From the human T2T-CHM13v2.0 reference genome, Homo sapiens, in assembly GCF_009914755.1 (NCBI RefSeq), contig NC_060943.1: 64,000 nucleotides of DNA. One strand, written 5' to 3'. The stretch's first letter is position 1, and the number at the start of each line of letters is the position of its first letter. Positions 38,996 through 52,898 of the stretch are shown here, one piece after another. Made by a program: the position numbers and the translations under genes. A model generated the notes under the pieces. The model was not told the origin of the DNA, made no database searches, and saw only the letters and a list, made by a program, of their open reading frames with translations.

Positions 38996-40589
38996 AGGCT
39001 TATAAGAAGGTGAAGATTCTACACTGTGCCCAGATTTAACAGGAAAACCCAATAGTTATAAGCTCAAGCTCTGACCACAGAAAACCTGGAGTCTCAAGCC
39101 CAGGCCCCAGACAAGCAACATCACTCACTGGGTCTCAGTATTTTGTGTTTAAAGTGAGGATGACAAGCAATGAGAAAATGCACACACAGGATCCAGCACA
39201 GGGCCCGGCACAGAGCACCTGCTCGGGAGTGGCCGCTGCTGCCCTCAGGGACACTTCAGCTGAAAGAGGTCTAGGAGTGTGAGTGGGACTCTGCCGAAGC
39301 TGCACAGCTGGCTCCATGAAGGCTCTGTGCAGCGGCAGGAGGCAGAGGAAGACATGCTTTCACTGGGCTTTGGCCTCACTGAAGTGACACCAAAATTAAT
39401 TAATTAATTAATTAAAATAAAACAAATAAACCCCTAAGTTCTTTAAGTACAAGAGGAAGAGTTCAGCACCCTGGTCCTGATCAGTCCTGGAAGATGAGGC
39501 TTCTGAGGGCGAGGCGGCACCAGGGCTTCCCCTTCCAATGACTCTTCCAAACCACTCAACTCACTGAAGACTGAGTCATTGCTGCCATTGTATTGTTGTT
39601 GTTGTGTCATCGTTGTTGTTGCAAAGCTCTGCACTTTACTATCAGAAAGGACTAATGGACCAATTAGGGAGGGTTATGTTGTAACATTACCCTCAATACA
39701 CAACCACGAGGTGCCAAACATGTCTAAGAGACACAGGGAGGATGGGGTGCACTAGGCTGCCTCTGTTCCCAAATTCTAGCCTTGTGGTGAAGACAGATGT
39801 GCAAACAGCCAACTCTAGTGCCAGACAGAGTGTGATGAGCTCTGTAACTCAGGACTGCAGAGCAGGGAGCAATTCACTGTTTCTGAAGGAGGAGGCAGCA
39901 ATCCAGCCAATCCTTAGAAGGTAAGTAGGATTTCAATAAGTAGAAAGGGGAGGAAGGCATGCCACGGTGAAAGAACAGATGGGATGAAAGCCCAGAAACG
40001 GCTGTATGGGAAGAAGGGACCACAGCCATCCTGTGAATTATTAAGAGTTATTTTTTTAAAAAGCATTTGGATTCCAGATTGCAAAGGATCACAGTAACAG
40101 ATGATAGGGGCTGAGGAGACAGCCACTGGCATATCGGCATACGGGTCACATGTTCTTCTACCTATCCTGAAGTCCCTTGGTACAAATATAGACTCCTGTT
40201 CAAGTTGTCTGTTCACCTGAGTGCTCCCCAGGAGGCTGCAGGCTCAAGAGCTGAGACTGTGACTGGTTATTCTTCATCTGGGCACAGAACAGACAATTCA
40301 AATAGAGCTGCAAGGCCTACAAGAGTACATCATTCACTCCCAGGAAAACGAAAGAAGCCTCACTTTCCTCCTCCAGAATCATTCTTGGTGAACATTGTTC
40401 TGCTTTAGCATTGACTTCAAACACCTGTAATCACCATGACTACCAATGCTTTTCTCTCCAAGCGGATCAAATCTCACTACTCTGGTTTGGACTATTGCAG
40501 GAACCTCATGCTTACCCTGAGCCCCCACGCCCCAACCCTGCAACCACCCCTATGAAAGCAGAGCGTGAGACAGCTGCCTACAGGCATCC

Positions 40590-41050
40590 ATAAAAAATGG
40601 ACTATGATCCCAGGGAATAGGAATGGGGCACTAGGAAGGGCAAGGCAGAAAAGGATGGTCAGCCAATATGGTGCCACCAATATGGGCAACTGGTTCAGAA
40701 CTCTGCCATGATCCTCTGAGGAGCCATTTAGGATACACTGCAAATCATTCCAGCCAGAGGACAGGAGGAGTATTCATCCATTGTCTCCAGCCTCCCGTTG
40801 GTCAAGTGTGGCCCCCATGGGGCTGCAAATTCCCTCACAATTTCAGGTCACATATGCAAGCTTTCAGGATGGCTCTCACAGACACTTCACAGTATCAGAG
40901 AAGCACTAGAAGAAGGAGAAAAAGATCTACATGGCGCAGGCAAACCAGAGTGCTGGCTGTTTACACCTGCAAGAGGACAATTGCTGTAGCAACAGACGGA
41001 ATAAAAGGTAGATGGAAAAGGCATAAGGTAGAGAAGCCTGGCATAGTGTC
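40590..41050 (-). mobile_element. ERVL LTR, LTR33-like
   Basis: 'atgggcaactgg...ctctgaggagcc...gtattcatcc...cccgttggtcaagtgtggcccc'. Confidence 0.55.
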
Positions 41051-41516
41051 CAGTGTGCCTGTTAACTTGTCTCTTCCACCTCAGGGTGAGTCTAACCTGG
41101 TGACTACAGCATGCGAGGTCCCTCCATAGTGAGGCCTCCACTGGGCCCAGCGTCTTCTACTCCTGTGACTCCCAGCCATGTTCCAGCCACAGGTGACTTC
41201 CCCAGAGTGACCGCTGTGCTCTGGTAAAAGTGACTCTTTGTGCCCTGAGTGTTCTCTGCTCTCCCTGGAAAATCTCCTATGCAGATTTTGATTTATTTCA
41301 AATAGTTCCTCGACCGTGAGGCTCCTCTGGTGCTCACATAGACACACCGGCACCTCTTCTATTCTTCAGCAACACTTTGGAGGTTGCTCTCAATCAAACA
41401 GAAATAGAAATTTAGTTTTATTCATATTTTCATTCTCAATTTTTAATTAATTATTATATTGAGATATATTTCACATATCATAAAATTCATACTTTTGAAG
41501 TGTACAATTCAGTGGG

Positions 41517-41829
41517 GTTTTCTGTTTGTTTGTTTGTTTGTTTTTGAGACAAGGTCTCACTCTGTCACCCAGGCTGGAGTAAAGCTGTACAGTCTCCGTT
41601 CACTGCAACCTTCGTTTCCAGAACTGAAGCGATCCTCCAACATCAGCCTCCTGAGTAGCTGGGACTACCAACGCACACCACCATGACCTGCTAATTTTTT
41701 GTATGTTTTGTAGAGATGGGGTTTCGCCATGTTGCCCAGGCTGTTCTCAAACTCCTGAGCTCAAAGTGATATGCTCGCCTCGGTCTCCCAAAGTGCCGGG
41801 ACTATAGGCATGAGCCACCGCACCTGGCC
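41517..41829 (-). mobile_element. AluJb-like
   Basis: Full dimer; TSD acaattcagtg (41504-41514, 41830-41840). Confidence 0.93.
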
Positions 41830-42017
41830 ACAATTCAGTGTATTCTAACATAGTCACAAAGTTGTGCAACCACCACAACTATTTAATTTTACAAGTTTTT
41901 CATCACCCCAGTTAGAAACTTTCTAGCCATTAGCATTCCTTCAGCCGTTTTTTCCTTTCCCTACCCCCTGAGAAACACTAATCTACTTTCTGTATCTATG
42001 GATTTGCCTTTTATGAA

Positions 42018-42464
42018 TGCAAAAGGATGAATAAAAACTTGGGACCCCAATTCACTCTGTCAAAAGAAAAAAAAAAAAAACATGAAGCCGAAAGCTGAGT
42101 CATGCAAGAAGCTGCCTCTCCTTTTGTTCCTAAGTGGAGAGCTACAGATGAAAGGCTACAAATCTCAACAGGTAGCGACTCTGTGTTCACCTTATCTTGT
42201 GTAAAGAGACGATTTACTGAGTGTGAGCTGAATATCTAATTGACAATTCCCCAACTGCTTCTTTTCCCTTGTAACATATGGATTGAGTAATGTGACCATG
42301 CCCTCTTTCTTTCTCCTCCAGACACTTTTCCCATTAAATAGTAAATCCCTCAAAGTCATCTTCGGAGAAAGGCACAGACCTGTCTCTCGGGTGTGCATCC
42401 TTAACCTTAGTAAAATAAACTTCTGAATTGATTGAGACCTGCCTCAGGTACTTTTTGGTTTACA
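42018..42464 (+). mobile_element. ERV1 solo LTR, MER4-group (MER4B/C-like)
   Basis: 'ttgggaccccaattcact...aaagctgagtcatgcaagaagctgcc...aaataaacttctgaattgattgagacctg...tggtttaca'. Confidence 0.85.
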
Positions 42465-43189
42465 CAGACATTTCTAACATACCGTACTATACAATGTGTG
42501 CCATTTGGGTCTGCTGGCTTTCACTTGGCATATTTTCAAGATTTATCCATGTGGTAGCATGTATCAGTACTTCGTCTTTTTTACTTCCATATAATATTTC
42601 ATTGTATGAATATGCTACATTCTCTCTATTGTTCATCAGTTGGATCTTCGTTTTGTTTTCACTTTTCAGCTATTGTGAATAGTGCTGCTGTGTCTTGAGT
42701 GTTAAGAGGGGGACATGTCAAGGGTTTTTCTCCAGAAATTCTTAAGCAAGGAAGAGGAGCACACAGGAGACACCCTTGGCCTATCCACCCATCCTACTCT
42801 TCTCGCCTGGGCTTGCCTTTGTTCCTTTCTCCTTTGCTCTCTGTTTTGGTAAATGCTTGTTTACTGCTGAGTTAGTTGTCTATGTTGACTTAGTTTTAAG
42901 TGCATAGTAGGTAAAGCTATTTGGCAGTTCTGTAATGTTACTCACAATATAGTTAACCAAATTTTTTTTCTTAGTGTCATATTTGGTCACTAGCGACTCT
43001 CTTAATGGTCTAACAAATAAAAGCTCCCTGACTTTATTTCTAATTCAGGGTAAATGAAGAATAAACTAATATTTGAATATGATTATGAAAAAGTCCCTTT
43101 GGGATTGCTACAGTAAATATTTATTAAATTGATGTTTTTATGAGTTATTCTCAGCTTTAATAGCACTAGGGACACACTAGTTGTTGGAT

Positions 43190-43900
43190 AAATACTGATT
43201 CTCTAGCACTAGCTGGGTGTCCTATAATGCAATTCAATTCTGACACTCTCTGCATGGAGTCAGCATCTCATCTCACACATTAAGAGATTTTCTCCCACAG
43301 GACAAACCCCACTTGAGGCCCAAGACTCAGGCTACCTGCACTTCTGACGGAGCAGCTATAAATGGAGGGGCTCCATGACCCCCTTCTCAGGTAGAATTAT
43401 TTGATGGAAGGGCTCACAGAACTCAGGAAAACATTTCCAACTCAGAAACAGCTCAACGGAAGAGACACTTAGGGCAGGGTGTGGAGGGTGGAGACACAGC
43501 TTCCATATCCTCTCTGGGCACACCACCCTCCCAGCACTTTGGCATGTTCACCAATCTGGAAGCTCATCCTTTGGAGGTTTTTAGGGAATTGTATTATGTA
43601 GGCATGATTGATTATGTCATTGGCCATCAGTAATCGAACTCTAACTGCAGCCCTTCTCTCCTCCCAGTAGCTCAGCAGGCAGAGCTGAATGTTCAGTCAA
43701 GCCTAATCAAAGCTTAGTCTTTCTGGGGACCAGCTGCTATCCAGACACTCCCAGGAAATGACTCTCAAAGAGCCACCTCACTAGCACTAATGCAGGTATG
43801 GTTGAAAGGGGTTTGTTATGAATAACAAAAGTTACTCCTATTATTCAGTAAATTCTAAGGGTTTTAGGAGTTCTATGTCAGAAAGCAGAAACAAAGAATA
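43190..43900 (-). mobile_element. MER21-family LTR
   Basis: 'agctgggtgtcctataatgcaattcaattctgacact', 'ggctcacagaactcaggaaaac', 'aaattctaagggttttaggagttct'. Confidence 0.85.
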
Positions 43901-43937
43901 TATATATATATATATATATATGCTCATAGAGTAAATG

Positions 43938-44490
43938 GATAAAAGGAGGGGAAAAAGAAATAGTGAAAAGATGGAAGAAAGGAAAGAGAGAGAGAAGGAA
44001 GGAGAGAGGGAGAGAAGGAAGGAGAGAGGGAGGGAGAAATGGAGAGAGAGAGGAAGAAAGGAGAGAAGGAAGAGAGAGAAGGAAAGGAGAAAAGGAAGAG
44101 AGAGAGGAAGAAAGAGAGAGGAAGGAGAGAAGGAAGAGAGAGAGGAAGAAAGAGAGAGAGAAGGAAGGAGAGAGGGAGAGAAGGAAGGGGAGAGGGAGGG
44201 AGAACGGGAGAGAGAGAAAAAAGGAGAGAAGGAGAGAAGAAAGGAGAGAGAGAGAAGAAAGGGAGAGGGAGAGAAGGAAGGAGAGAGGGAGAGAAGAAAG
44301 GGAGGGAAGGAAAGAAGGGGGAAAGAGGGAAAGAGAGGAAGGAAGAGGAGGAAAAAAGAGGAAGGGAGAGAAGGCAGGAGGGAGGGAAGGGGAAAGGAGA
44401 GGAAGGAAGGAAGGAAAGAAGGAAGGAAGGGAGGGAGGGGAAAGAGGGGAGGGAGGGAGGGGAGGAAGGGAAGGGAAGGAAAAAAAGAAT
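43938..44490. repeat. Polypurine low-complexity tract (GA-rich)
   Basis: ~550 bp almost purely G/A; source of spurious E/R/G/K-rich ORFs. Confidence 0.97.
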
Positions 44491-45526
44491 AAGAACTCTA
44501 CCACTAATGCTACCTCTGTTGTTGGTGGGGCTATATTAAATCTCCCAGATTAAAAATGTTTGGCCAACACTGGCTTAAAAGCTTCCCCTAAAAATACCAT
44601 TTCATCAACTGAGTGACCACTGAGGCTCCCAAATAAACTTGTACAAAAACAGTCCCCATTGATTATTTCAGCCCACATCTCAACCATGGCTGCCCTTGGG
44701 CTCAAAGCTCACATAGCAAGAAGGGACTTGCGGTTGACATGCTGGCAACTCAGCAGCTAGAGCAGTTTGGAATTGGATGAGCATTGGCTGCTCCCACCCT
44801 CTCTTTTCTCTGAAATGCAAATAAGCCCTAGGTAAGGACATGGTGAGCAAAGCTGGGGGTAATCCAGCTTATTGTAGGGGGCACCAGCAGGTCTCCTTCC
44901 ATCATGCATCTTAATCTAGATAAGGAAGTGATGCTGGTTTAGGAGAATGAGTTGCTTCTTTGTTGGCTGTGGACTCGCTTCTGAATATCTGCAAAATTGT
45001 CAGGAGAATAAACAAATTTCTGCTTGCCTGTGTATATGACAAGTTCCAACTTCTTCACCAATTAAAGTCCGAGCCACCTCTACCCCACCACCATTCATCA
45101 TTTCCACAGTGGGAAAATTACACAGTTTGCACTTTTATATGTGGTAGCAATTAAACATCTTCTGGAAGCCAAAATTCATAGCAATGCAGAATGATGATAT
45201 AGAAAACCCCCGTGCAAATGCCTAATGTCATTTTTTCTCCAAAGGGCTATAGGTGTTGCAAAAATCCAGGAGAGAGGAAAGTCTTCTAGTTATAAAGCAG
45301 TTGCCCAGTCGAGTTATTCTTAAACTGCTTTTGTGCCAAGATATCTCTTGATGGAAAATGTCTCCATGCTTAATGTGGACCATGGACAACAACATGGGCA
45401 AGACAGAGTAGAGTTATGTGTAATGTGTGACATAGCTGCAGCCTTTCTCCCCTATTCCTGGAAGTGAATCAGAATACATAAGGATGAAAGCCATGTTGCT
45501 CTAGGGAACAACTTAAATCTGTTTTC

Positions 45527-45857
<331 letters not shown>

Positions 45858-46274
45858 TTAAATCTGCTTTCATTTACACAAGAACAAAAAATCATTTACA
45901 AACACTACTACTTTATTATTAATAAATTTCCTGGAGGAATCCTCACTGCAGTCCTCACAATTGTTCACAATAGCACCTCCTTATCAAGATGCAAAATTGA
46001 GAATTGCTAGTCTAGAAAAGTAAACCAGTTATCAGCTAAGGTCTCCCTGACCTCTAAAATTTAGAAAGGATAATCTTTATACCGTGCCCTGGGGAAGGCC
46101 AATCCTGGCCTCACATTCCCACAAACGCATGGGGAACTTCCATCTTGTGGCCACCTAAGTCTTCAACTTCCTGCTTCCTCTCTCCTGCATCTTGAGGCAG
46201 TTTCTGTAGCTTCACACACACATACACATACACGAGAGAGAGAGAGAGAGAGATGGCATCTGTGTGTAGCATAT

Positions 46275-46548
46275 TAGCAGAGCAAGTAAGTGGTTAAGAG
46301 CAAGTTCTAGAATCAGACTGCATGGGCTTGAAGGTTGATTCTACCGTGTTATAACTTTGTGATCTTGGGTAGGTCATATTATCTTTCCAAGCCTCCATTG
46401 CCTCATAGTTAAAATGGAGATAATAGTAATACTCAACTCCTATGCTGCTGGAAGGATTAAATGAGATAATGTATGTAAAGCATTTTGTACAGTATTTGGC
46501 ACTTAGTAAGAGCTCAGTTAATAACAGCTTTATCACCGTCATCATTAG
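46275..46548 (+). mobile_element. MIR, near full length
   Basis: 'gtggttaagagc...tctagaatcagactgcatggg...gaaggattaaatgagataatgtatgtaaagc...tagtaagagctcagt'. Confidence 0.88.
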
Positions 46549-47749
46549 GACTGGAGGTTTGAGAAGACAAAGGGGTTCCACTGCAGTGAAACACACAAAG
46601 CAAACTCTAAAACTGGTAGTTAAACACTCCTGGTCTTAATCACCTGGCCATGTGCTCAGCCATCCTTCCTCTCTCATCCTCTTTCTTCTTCCCTTTTCTA
46701 CTCTTCCCCAATCCATCCTTTGCTCATTTCTGATGCCTGCCAGTTTGTTTTCTGATTTGAAGCCTTGCTTCTCACTAACAAATGTCCCCATGGTCCTACC
46801 TTCTCCCGCCAGCAATTTATCAAGGTATTTGGTTAGACAAAAGCAATAGTCTTTCAGTTCCTATGATAATATTTTTTGTACTATACTCTAGAAGTTAAAA
46901 CCCTAAGAGATGCCAGCTCCATGCAATTTCCTGCCGCTGCAAACAAACTCACTACGGTTTTTAAGAAAACAGGTTTTTATTATTTGGTTGTGGTTTACTA
47001 TTGGCAGTGATGTCAACTGCAGGAGAGGGGAGATGAGTGTGATGTGTAAGACACCACCCACTCATTGCAGAATGTGGCCCAATCCCCACTCCATCTTGGG
47101 CTTCCTTTCACTCTTGCCCACCTGCTGTTTTGCCCATGATATAATACCCATTCTATTCCCTGGAAGAGATAAGAAACAGACTACCCTTATGTCCTTGAAT
47201 TTTCCTGACGTGCCTGGACAGAGGCTCGGGTCATGACAGAGAGCCCATCAACAGACAGGCCACGCTCTGCCCACCAGAGCCCTCTGCCACCTGCTGCCGC
47301 TGCTGCTTATGGTTGGGACATGGACAGAAGCATCCCCTGGTGTTTTTAAAATATGGCCTTGGTGCTGATCTACCTTTTAGGCAGCTGTGCTTTTTCTACC
47401 CCAATGGTTCATTGTGTCCTGGCTTTATTTACTTAAAGCCAGATCTCAGCTCTTAGTTACTTGCCAGTGAGGACAGAATTTGCCAAGTGGGTGAGAAATG
47501 TGAAGTTTGGAGATCCAGAAATCAAGTCTTTTGGTCAAAAATCTGTGCAGATAAATCAGAATTTAGGAAAACAGTAAAAAGGGGATTGACCCTAAGACCC
47601 TGGGCAACCCAGCATGGAGAAACCTTGCACCATCTTAGCTTCTTAGTTCACCTTCTTCCCCACATCCAATCAGTTTGCAAGCTCCATCCAACCTTCACAC
47701 ATCTCCTAGATCCTTCCTCTCTTCTCCCTCAACTGTTCTCCCTTCCATC

Positions 47750-48263
47750 TTGGCGCTGCAGCAGACACATTTTATGTATCCGTTCAGACCCTTGCCCCCT
47801 CCCTGGTCCTCGGGGCTGCAGCCTGACAATGCCCTGCCTCATGCCTAGAGGTTTCCCTGCTGATAAGGCAGGAGATGCACAGACTCTCTATGTGCCTGTC
47901 CCTGTGCAGTCTGGATGTATGAGGAGTTGCTGCTCCATGGGACCAATTTTCGTCAAGGAAAAATCCTCCAGAACATAAACTCCTTTTCTATTTTCCCCTC
48001 GGATGCACTGTCCTAGAAGCAGTTAGTTATGTGCCTCATGGGAGAGAATGCCCTGATACTAAGCTGTGTGCTTGACACAGGGCAGCAGCAGCTCAATGGC
48101 ACATGCACTCACTGACTCTCCTCCCACTGCCGCACCCTACCCTCACATCATTCATTCCTTCAACAAACCTGGATTAAATGTCAGATGTTGTCCTGTGTCC
48201 TGGTACAATGCTTGTCAGTAATATAGAACACCTGTCTCTTTCAGAGAAACCCAGGCTAAGGCA
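47750..48263 (+). mobile_element. ERVL LTR, LTR16-family-like
   Basis: End 'tttcagagaaacccaggctaaggca'; internal 'ccatgggaccaattttcgtcaagg'. Confidence 0.5.
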
Positions 48264-48499
48264 CACGTGCATGCATCACCTCACATCTGGAGGATTGCAG
48301 AGGTTTCCCAATCAGTTTTCCTAACTCTAGCCTCTTTCCCTGCTTGCTTTTCCTATGATAAATATTTTCTCCTTCCCATCTTTATTCCTAGTTATTCAAA
48401 TGTTCCCATGTATATGCATTTCAAGGCCCAGTCTGGTGGACATCTTCCCAATACTTCTTTATTTTGGAAATTACCCCTCACTCCATTCCCACTCATGGG

Positions 48500-48945
48500 T
48501 ATGGGTACAGTGACACTAGGAGCTACCACATTCTTCCATGAGCCATCTCCATCATCCCCCTCCACCAGAGTTCCTTGGTGCTGAAACAGACCAATCAGAG
48601 TTCTTGGCTGAGATATTTTACAAGAGAATTTAATAAAAGATTGATTCCCTCTTTAGTCACAAACTAAAATGTGTGAGCCTCCACAGCTATATTTCTCGCT
48701 GTGTGGGGAGGGGATCCACCGTGAGGTAGAATGATGCCCACACAAAAAGAAGCAGAGGAGAGAGATGGAGAGAGTCCCAGAAGCATTCAAGTCCCTGATA
48801 ACAGAGGCCCAGCCATCTCTCTGTATTTTCTATGCCTCAAATGCTTGACCTTTTCCGCAATTATATGAGATACCCCAGTATTCCTCCAATACTTTCTTAC
48901 TTTTTCCTATGCAAGTTCAAGTTCAATGTTAGCTTCTCTCACATA
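48500..48945 (+). mobile_element. Old MaLR LTR, MLT1J/K-like
   Basis: 'gaccaatcagagttctt', 'agaagcagaggagagagatggagagagtcc'. Confidence 0.55.
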
Positions 48946-48946
48946 A

Positions 48947-49330
48947 TTTATTCATTCAACAAACTTCTATTAAATGTCAGGCACTGTTCTACATGTTAAA
49001 GTGTCATGGGGAGCAAATCAGATAAAGTCACTTCCTTAATATCGTATGCAATTTTACTGAGGGGAAACAGCTAATAAAAAAGAAAATAATTTAGAGCAGT
49101 GATAAGCATTAGAGAAAAAAATCAAGTGGGGAATGAAGGAAGGGATGTTGTATTTAGCCTCGTCGAGGGAGGCCTTGCTAAGCCAGGGATAAATCACAGA
49201 TAATAAAAAAAAGCCAGCCATGCAAAGGTAAAATTGGATGTAAGAGCTATAGGAAGGGAACCGACTTGGAGTGTTCAGGGGCAGGATGGAAGCCAGCACA
49301 GCCGGGCACAGGGAGGTGAGGCTAGAAACT
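48947..49330 (-). mobile_element. L2 3' fragment
   Basis: 'ttattcattcaacaaacttctattaaatgtcaggcactgttcta'. Confidence 0.65.
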
Positions 49331-50056
49331 CAGGCAGAGGCCAAAGCAGGTGGCTCCTTGGAAGACAGAGTGGGGAGCTGGGTGCTATTCAGCCCAGCAT
49401 ACCCAGAAACCTTCCCAATGCCACCTCCCTTTTCATTTGAACCTGTCAGCCTGAGTGGAAAGTTCACCATAGGGAGAGCTAAGGGAGGCTGGAGTCCCTC
49501 TCGGAGATGACAAATTTCGAACCACTTACTCCAGAGCCATGTCAGGCCCTGGGGTTTTGCTCCCAGTCTCACCATGGTAAGATGGGAGGACTTTTCATAT
49601 TTTATGGTCTTCTTTCCTCTTTTACCGATACATGAGAATTTGATTTTTAAAACTCCTCCAGCTACATAATGGCCCCAAAACTGATTGTAACAAGCAGAAA
49701 CATTCATGCCCAGTGGCTCTTGCCTGGTTCCCCATGTGTACCCATTTGAAAATGAATGGACATTATGGAAACTTGTAGGCAGACAGGCGGATGGGAGAGC
49801 AGGCAGCAAGCGCTCAGGTGGAGGGCACGCATCTGGGCTCCAGGCCATCTCTGTCTCTCAGTGGCCAAGAGGTCCTGCCTTACTCAGACCAGACAGTAAA
49901 GTTATTACAAACATTGAAGTCTGTGTGCCCTTTCTGGCAAAGCTTCAGTGCTAGAATGATGATTTCAGCTTCTGTTTACACTGTATTCAGCCATGTGCTG
50001 TATGCACTGCGTGCATTATCCTACATGATCCCTTGGACAACCCTACAGGATAGGTG

Positions 50057-50241
50057 CTCCTGTGTCCGTTTCACAGACTAGGACACTAAGGTTCCCATAA
50101 GTCCTGGCACCTGCATGCTCACCGAGGCTGTCTCTGCCGCTCATCTCCTGGGCCCATTTCACAGAGGAAGACTCTAAAGCTCCTGTAAGTCCTGGCACCC
50201 GCCTGCTCGCCAAGGTAATCTCCTGCTGCTCATCTCCTGTG
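50057..50241. repeat. Diverged 88-bp tandem duplication
   Basis: Units from 50057 and 50145 share 'tttcacag...taagtcctggcacc.gc.tgctc.cc.agg...gctcatctcctg'. Confidence 0.85.
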
Positions 50242-50690
50242 CTCCTGCCATAAAGGTCTGTTCTCTTTTCCTCAAACACTCAAAGTCTGTTCCTGCCTCA
50301 GGGCCTTTGCACTCGCTTCTGTCTCTGCCTGGATTTCTTCACCAGGCCAGCTTCTTCATTAAGATTTCAGTCCAAGTGTTCCTGCTCAGAAAAAACTTTC
50401 CCAGGCATCTGGGTGAAGTATATTTCACCTACCTCAGCTGCTCTCTTTTCCATTTCCTTTTTTTGTTTTATAAATAGCCTATATCACTACCTAGTACTTC
50501 CTTTTTTTTAAAATTTGTTTGCCTTTTAAATTGACTGACCATACTACTGGTAGAATATGAGTTTTACGAAAAGCAGCACCAGGTCTGTCTGCTCAGCAGC
50601 GTGCCCCAGGCATCTTGCATGGTGCCAGGCCTTTACTGGTGCATGATCCTCATCTGTTGAGCAATCCATAAATGAGTGAATGAATGAGAA
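50242..50690 (+). mobile_element. L2 3' fragment
   Basis: 'cctgcctcagggcctttgcactcgcttctgtctctgcctgga' and '(tgaa)n' end. Confidence 0.75.
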
Positions 50691-50809
50691 TTTGTCCAGA
50701 GTCACACAGCTGCCAGCACATGAAGCCCTAAGGCTTTGTGGAACACGGATTTGTGACAAAAGTTGACAGCAATTTCAAGCTATAATTCTGCATCTCAATA
50801 CCTGATTCA

Positions 50810-51380
50810 TGCATCCATTTACTCATCTATGTATTCAGTGGACATTTACTGCGGTTCCCACCAGATGCCTGCACTGTCCTAGGTGCCTGGGGGTCATGGG
50901 AAATGAGACAAAATGTCTGCTTTCTGAGAACTGGCACTGTAGGGGGATCAGCACTCTGTGAAGGTGTCATCATCTAACTTAACATCAGGCAGTGATAACC
51001 CCTTTGTAGACAGAGTGAGAGGAGTTGCCTATTTGTGCACTGAGGCCAGAGAAGGCCTGTCCAGAAAGAAAGCAAAAGCCATATAAGTATCCAGAAGAGA
51101 ATTATAGAAGATAGACCATAAAGTGATTTTCTTGGAGTCAGTTTTGGAATGTCAAAGAATAAAAAGGACAGTGTGGGTGGAACTGAATCAGAAAGTGAGA
51201 GGGGCAGGAGCTGATGTCATCAAGGCAGGCAGGAGCCTCGCCGTTCAGGCAGAGGCGCCGTGAGGACACCGCAGTCTCTCTGAGGACAGACCTACGGAGG
51301 ATTCTCAGTGGGGACAGACGTGATTGGATTCACATGTTAGAGAGACTACTCTGGCTTCTATCTGGAGAAGAAGTTGAGGA
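50810..51380 (-). mobile_element. L2 fragment
   Basis: 'cattta ctcatctatgtattcagtggacatttactg...gcactgtcctaggtgc'; 'gagagactactctggct'. Confidence 0.6.
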
Positions 51381-52458
51381 AGAGCACCATGGAAGCTGGT
51401 GTCTCATCTCCTGAGGGCGAGCCCTGAATCCTGCTGAGACTGCAGCCACTGAGCTGAAGGACAGAGGGCCCTGGGGCACATGGCCATCCTAACTGCTCAA
51501 CTTTCTTAGGAAGGGAAGCAAGTCGCAGAGGAGGAGTTTGTGCAAGGGCCTACATATAATTGGGGTGTGTTTTGTTATTAATATAATCCGCACCAGCTCT
51601 CGGTGGTGTTCGGATTTGTTGCTTTAGTGAACACTAAACTATGCTCCCTCCGAGGGAAACGTCATTGGAACTCCCGTCCCAAGTGTACGCTGCTGCCCCA
51701 TGTCACCTTCACCCTCAGTCCTCTCTGCCTTCCTAACAGACTGAAACTCCAGGCCACAATTCAGACAGCTTTTTATTTATTCTTTCAATTATCTATTTAC
51801 TTTTCCTTCTTACATTTACTTTTTCCAAGATTGCCTGTGGATTCTGAGAACATCAGGTTCTGAAATGTGGCCTTCGTAACTGTTCTCAGTCCTGATTCCA
51901 AGCAGAGCCTGGCTTGGATAAAGATCCCTGTGTCTCAGCACTGCCAAGCGGGGATGGGTAAGCAGAAATTCCCAAATCGCTCCTATCAGTGGCTGTTTTA
52001 AATCTGCAGATGTCCCCAGGCTTGCAGCCAGGGAGACCAGCACTATGGCTAAGGGCTTATGAGCTCCCTCAGGAATCTGCCTACCTGCCCTTTCCTTAGT
52101 CCTCTGACAAATGTCCTCAGAGCCCCACACTTTGACCAGGATCCCCACTGTTCCTGTTAACACCCTATGGGGGTGGGGCTCACAGAGGTGCTCATGGAGG
52201 GGCCGCCAGAGCTCGCCAAGGTCTTCAGCACCCTCCTGTCTAACTGGCCACTTGGTTTAGCCAATCCTTCAGTTCAAATAACTAGAATAACCTTTTTTGC
52301 CTTTTACTAATAATATGTTTTGCTGACTGCATCCACTGTCTGTTAGGCAGCAAAGAGTCTTTAAACTGTGGAAAGACGGGACAGGTGACGTGCCTCTCTC
52401 TTTGTCCCTTGGGCAGAAATGTGCTGAGAGAACACTTCCACCTACCTCACAATGTTGA

Positions 52459-52825
<367 letters not shown>

Positions 52826-52898
52826 TAAAGGCAAAAAACTGAGGCTCAGCAAGGAGGACAGTCTGTTCAGCACCACAGAGCTAGTCAACGTTGTGATC

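Larger units (their letters stand above)
41440..42690 (-). mobile_element. L1MB-like 3' end split by AluJ and MER4 LTR
   Basis: 'ttgagatatatttcacatatcataaaattcatacttttgaagtgtacaattcagtg', 'cactaatctactttctgtatctatggatttgcct', 'atccatgtggtagcatgtatcagtacttc'. Confidence 0.85.

Noticed and set aside
43878-44553. ORFs of 166-208 aa on both strands
   Set aside because: Same low-complexity artefact
47487-47978. 163-aa ORF as a novel gene
   Set aside because: Overlaps decayed LTR-like sequence, GTG start, no recognisable domain or exon support
52200-52220. CTCF-like motif 'ggccgccagagctcgcca'
   Set aside because: Mismatches in the core GG positions; not supportable without ChIP data
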